In this document: piece after piece, positions 1 to 11,940 of the stretch | Position numbering within the stretch: position 1 is the first letter of the stretch | Layout: each line of letters begins with the position of its first letter | Source of the DNA: Dictyostelium discoideum | Lineage: Eukaryota | NCBI GenBank assembly: GCA_000004695.1 | Contig: CM000153.2 | Coordinates: 2,560,001 to 2,624,000 of the forward strand | Length of the DNA stretch: 64,000 bases | Reading direction: 5' to 3' | Position numbers and translations under genes: made by a program | The notes under the pieces: generated by a model | What the model saw: the letters and a program-made list of their open reading frames with translations, nothing else | What the model was told of the DNA's origin: nothing | Database searches by the model: none

Positions 1-1
1 A

Positions 2-1115
2 TCAGAATCAAATCTTCATTTCTTAGGTTTTATCATTATGGAGAATAGAGTTAAACCTCAATCACCACCAATCATTCAAAGATTACAAAGTGCAAACATT
101 AGAACCGTTATGGTAACTGGTGATAATGGTTTAACGGCTACTAGCGTTGCAAAGCAATGTGGTATAATTAAAAGTGATACATTATTATTTATGGGCTTAA
201 TTCAACCATCATCATCTCCATCACCAACCAATGGTATTGAGGATGAGATTATTTGGGAACCTGTTTCTCAAGATGGTAGAGGTAACATTCATAAATTAGA
301 TCCAACCACTTTATTATTGGATGAAATGAATCGTGATTATAATTTGATTGTCAGTGGACCTGTTTTCAAACAAATCTACAATCATTATTTAGCAACTGGT
401 TCACCTAGATTCATTAATATGTTGAGACGTGGTATTGTTTACGCAAGAATGACACCAGATGAAAAACAAAGTTTGATCGAAGAGTTACAACGTATTGGAT
501 TATATGTTGGTATGTGTGGTGATGGTGCAAATGATTGTGGTGCATTAAAGGCTGCCCATGTTGGTATATCTTTATCAGAGAGTGAAGCATCAATAGCTGC
601 ACCATTTACATCAACCATCACCGATATCAGTTGTTGTCCAAATTTAATTAAAGAAGGTAGAGCATCATTGGCAGTTTCTTTCAAACTCTTTCAATTTATG
701 GGAATATATTCATTGATTCAATTTACTTCGGTAATCTTTTGTTATTTCCATGCAAGTGTTTTGGGTAATTGGCAATATCTTTACCAAGATCTCATAGTCA
801 TCTTTCCATTGGTAATCTTTTTAGGTATGACTGAACCATGTGAAAAACTTTCTGTCAAACGTCCATCTGGGAGATTGATAAGTTTAAATATGATTGGTTC
901 ACTATTATCTCATATCACTGTATGCTTTGTATTCTTACTTGTTGTTTTCCATTTGGTTCAAAGCAAATCTTGGTTTGACGAGCCCTTACTCGATCCAGAT
1001 AATATTTTTAATTATATCACTACCTCTCTTTTCATTTTTGGATGCTTCCAATATTCAATTATGTTATTTGTATTTTCATTTGGTAAACCATTTTTAAAAG
1101 CAATTTATACAAATA
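2..1115 (+). CDS. P5-type (ATP13A-like) P-type cation ATPase, penultimate exon; the gene starts upstream of the window
   Basis: Frame-2 ORF is open from the window edge (ORF table 38..1216). It carries the P-type ATPase hinge motifs MVTGDN and GDGANDCGALKAAHVGISL, followed by hydrophobic TM helices. A canonical GTAAGT donor sits at 1116. Confidence 0.8.
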
Positions 1116-1234
1116 GTAAGTTTTTTTTTTTAATATCTATTTTTAGTTTACATTATTACATAATTACTAATATAGTTTTCTTTTTTTTTATTTTTTTTTT
1201 TTTTATTTATTTTTAAAAGGATATTTATTTTTAG

Positions 1235-1551
1235 TTTACATTGTTACATTAATTGCAAATTTAATAATACTATTTGGTGGCTTTGAGAAACTTTATAATT
1301 TCTTACAATTAAGAGTTATCCCAGTTAGTTGGAGAAGTACAATGTTTGGTATGATAATAGGAAATTTAGTTGCCAATTGTCTTATTGAGCTTTCCTTCTA
1401 TTTCTATAAATCTAGATCAAAGAAGAAAAAGATTTTAAATATAAGAATTATTTTCTCAAAGAAAAACAATGAATTACCAAAAGACCCAAGAGTCTTTAAT
1501 ACTAATTCAGTTTCAATTCCAATTTATCAAGATTATTATGATACCTTTTAA
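1235..1551 (+). CDS. P5-type ATPase terminal exon (hydrophobic C-terminal TM segment)
   Basis: A ttag acceptor at 1231-1234 restores frame (YIVTLIANLIILFGGFEKL...), which stays open to TAA at 1549-1551. An alternative acceptor at 1218-1219 gives the same frame. Confidence 0.5.
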
Positions 1552-1671
1552 TAAATTTATTTTTAACACGCAAAAAAAAAAAAAGAAAATGGTTTTGGGT
1601 GGCTTGTTTGGTTTTTTTATAATATTGATTAATTAATTAATTTATCCATCAACATTAATTAATAGGTTTAT

Positions 1672-2637
1672 TTAAGGATTTTTAATTTTTGAGTTATGGT
1701 TGGATGACAGCTCCCTTGAATAATCGTTAAGTAGGAAGTCTATTTTCTTAAGCATTATGCTTGAGAGGGTTGAGGATTTTTTTAATCTCCATCTGCGCTT
1801 GTTCATCTGTATGTTGGGTAGAGTGAAGGTGGTTGATAGGAAGTTGTGATCTGATAGAGGTATGTCATTAATTTTTGGGGGGATTAGGTTCCTTAAGTAT
1901 AATTGGCTGTAGTTGATTATGCTATTGTTAAGGTATATTCTGTCTAGTCTCCTTTCCAAGATTCTTGTGAGGTTATTGTTTGTGTTGTGTATCGTTCTTG
2001 AGAAGGTGGGTCTTTTATTTAGTTGGTCCATATCCATTAGGTTATTTGAAATTCTGATGGCTTCAATTACTGTGGCCATCTCATCTGGGGATTGTGTTGT
2101 CAAGTTGCCTTGGTCGTCATTTGATGTGTGATTGTCATTGAAGTCTAAACAATTGAAGTCACCTGCTATGATGTCGATGTTTTTATTAGGGTTAGACGTT
2201 AGGTTGTGGTATTGGTTGTTGAAGAGTTTGTTTAGTGTTGAAGCTAGTATTTTTCTTTTATCAGGTTGGGCCGGGGCGTATATGGCCAAGATTCTCGTTG
2301 TGGTATCTTTTATTAGAATGTCTGATATTATTAGTCTACCTTCTATTATGAATATTGGTGAGAGTTTTATGTTTTGGTTGTTGTGGTTTAGTATTCCTAT
2401 TCCGTTGCCTCTGTTGGTTGCGCTAATGATGAAGCCAGGAAATAGCTGGTGTGCTTGTGTTGCGTCAGCATTGAGTTCATTGACTATGGTTAGTGCCAAT
2501 GAGTTTGGGGGGNNNNNNNNNNNNNNNNNNNNNNNNNNNNNNNNNNNNNNNNNNNNNNNNNNNNNNNNNNNNNNNNNNNNNNNNNNNNNNNNNNNNNNNN
2601 NNNNNNNNNNNNTTTTTAAACGCGGCTTTAAATTCAA
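1672..2637 (-). CDS. Retrotransposon ORF2 fragment: apurinic/apyrimidinic-like endonuclease (EEP) domain, interrupted by an N-gap
   Basis: ORF-table 321-aa ORF with the motifs IIAGDFNCLDFND and LSDHNFL typical of L1-type APE domains. A run of X residues corresponds to the 100-N gap. Confidence 0.7.
   Translation of the reverse strand: MNLKPRLKXXXXXXXXXXXXXXXXXXXXXXXXXXXXXXXXXXPPNSLALTIVNELNADATQAHQLFPGFIISATNRGNGIGILNHNNQNIKLSPIFIIEGRLIISDILIKDTTTRILAIYAPAQPDKRKILASTLNKLFNNQYHNLTSNPNKNIDIIAGDFNCLDFNDNHTSNDDQGNLTTQSPDEMATVIEAIRISNNLMDMDQLNKRPTFSRTIHNTNNNLTRILERRLDRIYLNNSIINYSQLYLRNLIPPKINDIPLSDHNFLSTTFTLPNIQMNKRRWRLKKSSTLSSIMLKKIDFLLNDYSRELSSNHNSKIKNP
2513..2612. other. Assembly gap (100 N) inside the retroelement
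   Basis: Literal run of n characters. Confidence 0.97.
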
Positions 2638-2665
2638 TTTAAATCCAATTTAAATCAACTTTTCT

Positions 2666-3088
2666 TTAAATTTGCTTTAAAGGTGCATTTTTCTTTGCTG
2701 TGGATTTAATTAGTTTACATCCTTCATTTTCTATTACCCATTCTATTTCTGTGAGTGATTTATACCAATCGAAATCCGTATACATATTTTTTGGTCTTAG
2801 AGTGGTTATAAATTGTCCTTTTAATTCTGCATCGAACATATTTACAAAATAGATTACTGTACTAATACTGTCTGTGAGAATTTTGAATGTATTATTACTT
2901 TTGATTAAAACATCTTTTTTGTCCAAACTTTTTTCTAAATCTTTTTTTATTTTATCGTCTGGTTCGTGATTGATGTTTATGACGTATTTGAATTGTTTTT
3001 TTTTTAATTGAGTTTTATCCACAATTTCGCTTATTTTTTGTAGGCATTTGTGTTGCTTAATATTTGTGGTGTTGTTTGTGATTTTCAT
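2666..3088 (-). CDS. Retrotransposon ORF1-like protein (140 aa)
   Basis: The ORF lies immediately 5' of the APE-containing ORF2 on the same strand. It is basic and Lys-rich, and its position matches the ORF1 of TRE5 elements. No independent homology was recognised. Confidence 0.45.
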   Translation of the reverse strand: MKITNNTTNIKQHKCLQKISEIVDKTQLKKKQFKYVININHEPDDKIKKDLEKSLDKKDVLIKSNNTFKILTDSISTVIYFVNMFDAELKGQFITTLRPKNMYTDFDWYKSLTEIEWVIENEGCKLIKSTAKKNAPLKQI

Positions 3089-3163
3089 TTTATTTTCTTT
3101 CTATTTTTTATATTTTTCTTTAAAAAGTTAAAAATCTGGAAATTTTCTGATTAACTTGGTTCC

Positions 3164-3165
<2 letters not shown>

Positions 3166-3210
<45 letters not shown>
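3166..3210. repeat. 45-nt poly(T) homopolymer (poly(A) on the element strand) between ORF1 and the A-module repeats
   Basis: Uninterrupted t-run. Confidence 0.95.
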
Positions 3211-3214
<4 letters not shown>

Positions 3215-3482
3215 TCTTTTTTATATGAAAAATGAAATAATCAAAAAAAGAGATTGTTGTTGTTGTTTGTTTTTTTTCGATCTGATTATTTTTTGCTTTT
3301 TTTTGAAAATTTTGCTACGCAAAATTCTCAAAACGAAACAAATAATAAATTACAATAAAGTAAAAAGATGGCTTTTTAAGATAGTTTATTTATTTATTTA
3401 TTTGTTTTTTAAGTCTTTTTTATATGAAAAATGAAATAATCAAAAAAAGAGATTGTTGTTGTTGTTTGTTTTTTTTCGATCT
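3211..3482 (-). repeat. Direct duplication of a ~72-bp A-module-like segment (copies 3211-3282 and 3411-3482; 200-bp period)
   Basis: A near-identical string, taagtcttttttatatgaaaaatgaaataatcaaaaaaagagattgttgttgttgtttgttttttttcgatct, occurs twice exactly 200 bp apart. Confidence 0.75.
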
Positions 3483-3536
3483 CAAAATTTATCCCAAGGA
3501 ATTGAAATACGGCGATCATTACAAGAATCCCATAAA

Positions 3537-3610
3537 GCCTTAGTAGCTCAGTTGGTACGAGCGTGAGACTGAAGATCTTAAGGTCGCTGGTTCGATCCCG
3601 GCCTGAGGCA
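3537..3610 (+). tRNA. tRNA-Phe (anticodon GAA)
   Basis: The cloverleaf folds cleanly. The acceptor stem GCCTTAG pairs with CTGAGGC, the D-arm is GCTC/GAGC, the anticodon stem is TGAGA/TCTTA with loop CTGAAGA (anticodon GAA), the T-arm is GCTGG-TTCGATC-CCGGC (B box GGTTCGATCC), and the discriminator is A. The A box is TAGCTCAGTTGG. Confidence 0.93.
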
Positions 3611-3638
3611 AATATTTATCAAACATTCAATAAAAAGC

Positions 3639-3656
3639 GCAAGTTCGATTCTCGGT
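3639..3656 (+). promoter_or_regulatory. External B-box-like element (caagttcgattctcgg) ~30 bp downstream of tRNA-Phe
   Basis: GTTCGATTC matches the B-box consensus GGTTCGAnTCC. Dictyostelium tRNA genes are known to carry an extra downstream B box. A T-run terminator follows at 3662-3670. Confidence 0.45.
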
Positions 3657-3659
3657 CAC

Positions 3660-4317
3660 TTTTTTTTTAAAATGAAAACTGGTCAATATTATAAAAAACA
3701 ACTAAATCATACTCAATCACCAAACCGTGTGAGATACAACACAGCAATACCCAAAGTATTCAAAACATCAACAGCATTTCTCACCAAAAAGGTAGAAACA
3801 CCCTCTTCAGATTCTTCTCAAGATCACTTCCAGGTATCAACCACGAAAGAGACACCAGATGCAAGATCTGTGGCCACCTATTCAGAGACCCTTATTCTCA
3901 CCTCTTCACTCTATGCCAAGATATCCTTGATATTGAAAAAACCATCATATCAACAGTTAAAAAATTATCATTCATCAAAATCCACAGATGGTCAATGGAT
4001 ACCTTAGACATATCAAAATACAACAGAACTGAGAGAATCTTCCCCAATCTCATAGGAATAATAGCACACCAATTATGGAAGATAATCTGTCACAAATTGT
4101 TCAACACTGATGAAAGCAAACCAGAGCCAAAATTCGAACAAAAGGTCATAGAAACAGAATTACTAAATCTCATCGAAACTGAAAAATTCATCACACTAAA
4201 GAAAATCAAACACGACGAAGCAATACTAAAAAACACCAATCAAGATCTTCACAAATACAAATTCAACAAAGCCTGGCAAACCCCAGCAGCTCCGAACCCT
4301 CTTCCAATTTAAGTAGT

Positions 4318-4398
<81 letters not shown>
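3660..4398 (+). mobile_element. 5'-truncated non-LTR retroelement 3' fragment (TRE3-like), ending in a ~78-nt poly(A)
   Basis: The segment is GC-richer and carries two overlapping out-of-frame ORFs (3672-4007 and 3995-4312). It ends in a long pure poly(A) at 4321-4398. Its start ~50 bp downstream of the tRNA gene is consistent with the TRE3 class of downstream integrators. Confidence 0.5.
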
Positions 4399-4408
<10 letters not shown>

Positions 4409-4560
4409 GTTTAAAAAAATTAATACAATTGAATAATAAAAATAAAACCGTTTAACAAACACCGCCGAAAAGACAAAAGGACATTCCTTGAAGGTCTGAT
4501 CACAGGTAAAAAAAAAAAAAAAAAAACAATCACCAAACCGTGATAACAAAAAAAAAGGCC
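4399..4560 (+). mobile_element. Short retroelement 3'-end fragments: GC-rich caccgccgaaaagacaaaaggacattccttgaaggtctgatcacaggt followed by A18, then a 16-mer that recurs at the start of the upstream fragment
   Basis: A poly(A) run sits at 4510-4527. The string caatcaccaaaccgtg at 4528-4543 is identical to 3714-3729. Confidence 0.3.
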
Positions 4561-4639
4561 AAATAAAAGAAAAAAAAATCATTGATCAAATTAAAAAAAA
4601 GATTGGAATAAATTTTATTTTAATAATTTAAGCCATTTA

Positions 4640-4985
4640 ATAGTTGGTATTATAGAAATAATTTAAATGATAATGAAAACAATTTAAAACACCTTTAAAT
4701 GTGTATTTGGACATCAATACCAAGGATAAAGATTAATTAAATGAGAATCTGTATTTGTTTGAACCTTGTTACCACTTTGTTGTGTTTGATTAGACATTTG
4801 ATTTAATGATTTGAAACTTCTTTTGCTTGATTTAACATTACCTAAAGATGAAATTGATTCTTTTACATAATGTTTTGTAAAATTAAATTTTTTTTTTTTT
4901 TTTTTTTTTGTTAGTTTTTTTTTTTTTTTTAAAATTCAAAAAAAAAAACTTTTAAAATTTTATTCTTATTGTATAACATTTTGAA
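4640..4985 (-). pseudogene. hssA-like array copy 1, decayed
   Basis: The donor is mutated (ATGTTATACAATAAGA instead of ...AGTAAGT), and a deletion before the C-terminus shifts the frame (…DSHLINLYPWY*). Confidence 0.4.
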
Positions 4986-5557
4986 ATATAAAAGAAATTA
5001 AATTGATATTGAATTTGTATTTGAAATGGAGTAGTTTAGAATTTTTTTAATTTCATATTTATACTTTTTTTTTTCAATTTTTTTTTTTCTCCTTATGTAT
5101 TTTAAATTACTATATTAGATATTCAAATTGAATATAAATCAATAATTTTAAAAAATCGCCTTTAAATAATTTTATTTTTTCAAAAAATCTTCTCCTAAAT
5201 ATTTTTTATTTTTAAAATCTAAAAAAAAAAAGCAGATCCTTGGATTTGTAATCATCTCTATTGGGAAAACAAAACTAATCCCTATATAAGATTGGATAAA
5301 AGAAAAAAAATTTAGTTTAAGATGTAGAACTCACAAATAATTGATTGAAAATAAAAAAAAAAAAAAAAAAAAAAATTTCTATCATGTTTGGTCATATTGG
5401 AAAAAAAGCTAAATCTTTGGCCAAATAAAAAAGAAAAATCTTTGATCAAAAAAAAAGAAATTAAATTTTTTTAAATTTATTTTATAAAAAAATATTGGAT
5501 AAAATTTTATTTAATCAATTAAGACTTTTAGTGTTTTGTATGATACAAAAAACACCT

Positions 5558-5841
5558 TTAAATTTGTAATTGGACATCAATACCAAGGATATTTGCAGAA
5601 AGATCTATTAAATGAGGATTTGTATTAGTTTGAACATTGTTACCACTGTGTTGTGTTTGATTGGATAATTGATTTACTGATTTGAAATTGTTTTGGCTTG
5701 ATTTAACATTACCTAAAGATGAAATTGATTCTTTAAAAATGTTGTTATGTAAAAAAAAAAAGTTTTTTTTTTTTTTTTAATTTTTTTTTTTTAATTATTA
5801 TTTAATTCAAATTTTAAAATTTTAAACTTACTGTATAACAT
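5558..5841 (-). CDS. hssA-like small protein, array copy 2 (apparently intact; same exon-intron structure; coordinates approximate)
   Basis: ATGTTATACA with a GTAAGT donor at ~5832-5841 (minus). Exon 2 encodes KSISSLGNVKSSQNNFKSVNQLSNQTQHSGNNVQTNTNPHLIDLSANILGIDVQLQI with TAA at ~5558. It differs from copy 3 by several substitutions but preserves frame. Confidence 0.45.
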
Positions 5842-6568
5842 TTTGAAAAATTAATGGAAAAGTTGGAATTATTGTAAATGTTTTAATTTGAATTGAAGTG
5901 GTTTACAATTATTTTTCATTTCCTATTTATACTCTTTTTTTTTTTTTTTTTCATATTTTTTTTTTTCTCAAAACATTAGTATAATATTATATGCAAATAC
6001 TAAATACTAAATAAATAACATAGATATTCTATTATCAAATCGTTAATTTTTTGTTGATTTTTATTTTAAAAAATCGCCTTAATTTTACAGATTTAAAAAA
6101 TCTAACATAAAAAAAGGCATATATTTGGATTTGTATTCAACTCTTAAGTGATAAAAATTCGGGATTTCGCGCCATGACAAGTTATTTTAATAAATGATAT
6201 ACTCCGCAACAAAGATTACGTAAACAAAAATAAAAAAAATCCATATTTTACACAAGCGTAAAAAAAAAAAAATTACAATTCAATTAGGAATTAATTTTTT
6301 TTTTATAAAAAAACCAACTGCCATCTTCAAAACTTTTAAAACCCAAAAACACTGGGTGATATTTGAAAAAAAAAAAAAAAAAAAAAAAATTGTTCTTTTT
6401 AGCAATAAAAGGAAAAAAAAAAATTGTTCTTTTTAGCAATAAAAGTAAAAAAAAAAATTCTATTTATAAAAAAAATTATTATTGTATAAAAATTTTATTT
6501 AATCATTTAAACCATTTAATGGCAGATACTATATAGAAAAATTTCAAATGATACCATTAAAATCACCT

Positions 6569-6856
6569 TTAAATGTGTAATTGGACATCAATACCAAGGA
6601 TATTTAGAGAAAGATCAATTAAATTAGAATCTGTATTTATTTGAACATTGTTTCCACTTTGTTGTGTTTGATTGGATAGTTGATTTACTGATTTGAAGTT
6701 GTTTTGGCTTGATTTAACATTACCTAAAGATGAAATTGATTCTTTAAAAATATGTTTTTGTAAAAAATATTTTTTTTTTTTTTTTTTTGTTAGTTGTTTT
6801 TTTTTTTTTTTATTATTTAAATCAACTTTTAAAATTTTAAACTTACTGTATAACAT
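6569..6856 (-). CDS. hssA/2C/7E-like small protein, array copy 3 (exon 1 6847-6856, intron 6742-6846, exon 2 6569-6741; ~61 aa: MLYKSISSLGNVKSSQNNFKSVNQLSNQTQQSGNNVQINTDSNLIDLSLNILGIDVQLHI)
   Basis: The sequence reads ATGTTATACA followed by a GTAAGT donor and a 105-nt AT-rich intron ending ...tttttaaag, then the in-frame exon. The SISSLGNVKS motif resembles the N-terminus of hssA/B-like/sigN family proteins, which are also short and have a single 5' intron. The ORF table shows the unspliced read-through (95 aa). Confidence 0.5.
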   Translation of the reverse strand: MLYSKFKILKVDLNNKKKKKQLTKKKKKKYFLQKHIFKESISSLGNVKSSQNNFKSVNQLSNQTQQSGNNVQINTDSNLIDLSLNILGIDVQLHI

Positions 6857-7429
6857 TTTGAAAAATTAATGAAAAAATTAAATTGATACTTGTTTTAATT
6901 TGTATTTGAATTGAAGTGGTTTAAAATTATTTTTCATTTCCTATTTATACTCTTTTTTTTTTTTTTAAATTTTTTTTTTTTTTTTTTACTTATATTAGCA
7001 TAAAATAATATCCAAATACCAAATACTGGTAATTAAAACAATTTAGATATTCTATTATAAAATCGAAAATGTTTTGCTTATTTTTTTTTAAAATAATCGC
7101 CTTTAAATAGTTATAATTTTACAGAATTTTTTTACTAAGAAATGGTATAAGATTAAAAAAAAAATTCTAGATCCAGCAAATTATTGATTTTTAAAAAAAA
7201 AAAAAAAAAAAATTTTGATAAATTTTAAAAATAAATACATTAAAATTTAAGCCTTTAAGGTGAAAAGTAATTTATGCTGCGCAAGTGGGTTGTTGTAATA
7301 AAAAAAAATCTTTATTGTTCAAGAGCTAAATCCACTAACAAATAATAAAATAATCTAAAAAAAAAAAAAAAAATCTAAAATAAAAAAATAAATAAAAAAA
7401 AAAAATTCGATGAAATTTTATTTCATTTT

Positions 7430-7620
7430 ATCATTTAAGATATTTAATGTTTTATATTATAGAAATGATTTTAATGATACCATTTAGAGCACCTTTAAAC
7501 TCGTAATCCAATACCAACACCAAGGATATTTGCAGAAAGAAAAATTAAATCTGTTATTTTTTTAATTTGTATTTGAATTGCAGTGGTTAACAATTTTTTA
7601 TTTCCTATTTATATTCTTTT
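7430..7620 (-). pseudogene. hssA-like array copy 4, internally deleted remnant
   Basis: The unit retains the 3' flank and the 5' flank (gtatttgaattgcagtggtt...) but lacks most of the coding region. Confidence 0.35.
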
Positions 7621-8201
7621 TATTTTTTTTCTCCCTATATGTTAGTATAAAATAAAATAGCAAATACCTAATTAATATATTTTACTTAGATATTAACAAA
7701 TCGAGAATTTTATGTCAGATTTTTTTTTTTTTAAAAAAAAAAAAACGCCTTTAAATAAACCACTTGCACCACCTTTTTTTAAATTAATTATTATCAATAA
7801 TCTACAAAAATAAAATAGATAATTAATTAAACAATATTAATAATTAATAAATAATTATTAATATTATTTATGATAAAATACATTTCTTTCAACAAATCCC
7901 AATATCATATGTAATAATAAAAAAAAAAAAAAAAATCTTACTTAAGAACTGATATGCAATACTAAGAATTCAGAAGTCAAATAATAACCAATAACAATAA
8001 TTACCTTAAGATTTGCCAAAACTTCAAATTACTTTCCACAGAAAGTTTACATGTTTTTAAAAAATAAATAAATTTATTACACCCATTTAACTTTTCCTTC
8101 AAAATAAAAATGAGATGACTGAATAAATTTATCATTATATTTTATTTCAATTAATTATCTTATCTTATTTTATTCTATTTTATTTTAGAGTTTTTTTAAA
8201 A

Positions 8202-11160
<2,959 letters not shown>

Positions 11161-11518
11161 ACATTATTGTTACTTTTTAATTGGTGATATTGATATAAAA
11201 AAAAAAAAATAAAAAAATAAAAAAAAAAAATAAAAAAAAAATGAAAATAAAAAATAAAAAATAAAAAAAAAAAATAAAAAAAATAAAAATAGAACAAAGA
11301 AATAATTTTTTTTTTTTTTAATGTTTTTTTTTTTTTATTTATAAATATACATATCCAAAAAAAAGAAGGAAAAAAAATAAATAAAAAAAATAAATAAATA
11401 AATAATTGGTTTAAATTTAAAAACCAATAATTTTTTTTTTTTTGTTTTTTTTTTTTTTTTTTTTTCTTAATTCCCTTTCTATTTCTATCTTCTCACATAT
11501 ACCATTAAAATCGCGTTT

Positions 11519-11842
11519 TTACTTGGCATATTTTTTAGTCCATTCTTTGGCGGTTTTATTGAATGCATTTCTATCAGTTTTGAATTGTTGAGCGATTTCA
11601 GTTTCCAAAGGATTATCTGGGTTTGGATCAGTAAGAATTGAACGAATTGTTGTAAGAACATCAAGAATCTTTAATTGAGGACTCCATGTTGAGAATACTT
11701 CTGCACAAATTGCTCCATCAGATGTTTTAATATTTGGATGATAGATTTTAGTTGTAAATTTTAATGTTGGTGGTTTGAATGGATAATCAGCTGGAATATC
11801 AATATCCATACTAAATACACCTTTTTCGAATGGAGATCCTTC
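11519..11842 (-). CDS. Ubiquitin-conjugating enzyme E2 (UBC fold; UBE2T-like), exon 3 with HPN motif and active-site Cys
   Basis: The exon reads EGSPFEKGVFSMDIDIPADYPFKPPTLKFTTKIYHPNIKTSDGAICAEVF...DPNPDNPLETEIAQQFKTDRNAFNKTAKEWTKKYAK. A tttag acceptor lies at 11843-11844. The ORF table (11519..11809) confirms the frame and the stop. Confidence 0.85.
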   Translation of the reverse strand, partial: EGSPFEKGVFSMDIDIPADYPFKPPTLKFTTKIYHPNIKTSDGAICAEVFSTWSPQLKILDVLTTIRSILTDPNPDNPLETEIAQQFKTDRNAFNKTAKEWTKKYAK

Positions 11843-11940
11843 CTAAAGAAATTTTAAAATTTTAATTGAATTAATAAATTTATTATTAATATTATTTAAT
11901 TTATTTTTAATTATTTATTTCTTATTAATTTAAAACTTAC

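Larger units (their letters stand above)
1560..3482 (-). mobile_element. TRE5-type (TRE5-A/DRE-like) tRNA-targeted non-LTR retrotransposon, 3'-truncated or internally deleted; the 5' end faces the tRNA gene
   Basis: On the minus strand the order is a duplicated A-module-like 5' segment, then an ORF1-like 140-aa ORF, then an ORF2 N-terminal APE endonuclease domain (GDFN...SDH). The 5' end (3482) lies ~54 bp upstream of tRNA-Phe, matching the known TRE5 integration distance of ~50 bp. GC content is higher than the surrounding genome. No RT domain is present. The left boundary is uncertain. Confidence 0.7.
4600..7640. repeat. Tandem array of ~950-bp units (about 3.3 copies), each containing a small two-exon gene on the minus strand
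   Basis: Blocks at ~4620-4990, ~5500-5850, ~6500-6860 and ~7430-7620 share long near-identical stretches (e.g. ggacatcaataccaaggata...ttgattctttaaaaat, gtatttgaattgaagtggttt, aaaatcgcctttaaata). Confidence 0.75.

Noticed and set aside
1913-2653. Plus-strand ORFs 1913..2131 and 2132..2653 inside the retroelement
   Set aside because: They are antisense to the APE-domain ORF2, which has clear motifs. They are hydrophobic junk and are interrupted by the N-gap.
3156-3434. ORF-table ORFs made of homopolymer or microsatellite translation (3156..3434, 4226..4582, 10118..10318, 12509..12709, 12740..12937, 34119..34349, 34143..34358, 35716..35949, 36289..36489, 37209..37531, 42662..42874, 43060..43323, 45392..45841, 53470..53676)
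   Set aside because: These are poly-F/K/I/Y/L peptides generated by poly(A/T), (AAT)n or (ATTT)n runs in intergenic or intronic DNA. They have no start context, no splice signals, and sit on the strand opposite to real genes or inside introns.
11161-11297. First ~45 codons of ORF 8202..11297 (MFYFYFFYFFF...)
   Set aside because: This is a translated poly-T/AT tract upstream of the plausible start (MYSNTKSPIKKKF...). It looks like 5' UTR or promoter sequence rather than coding.
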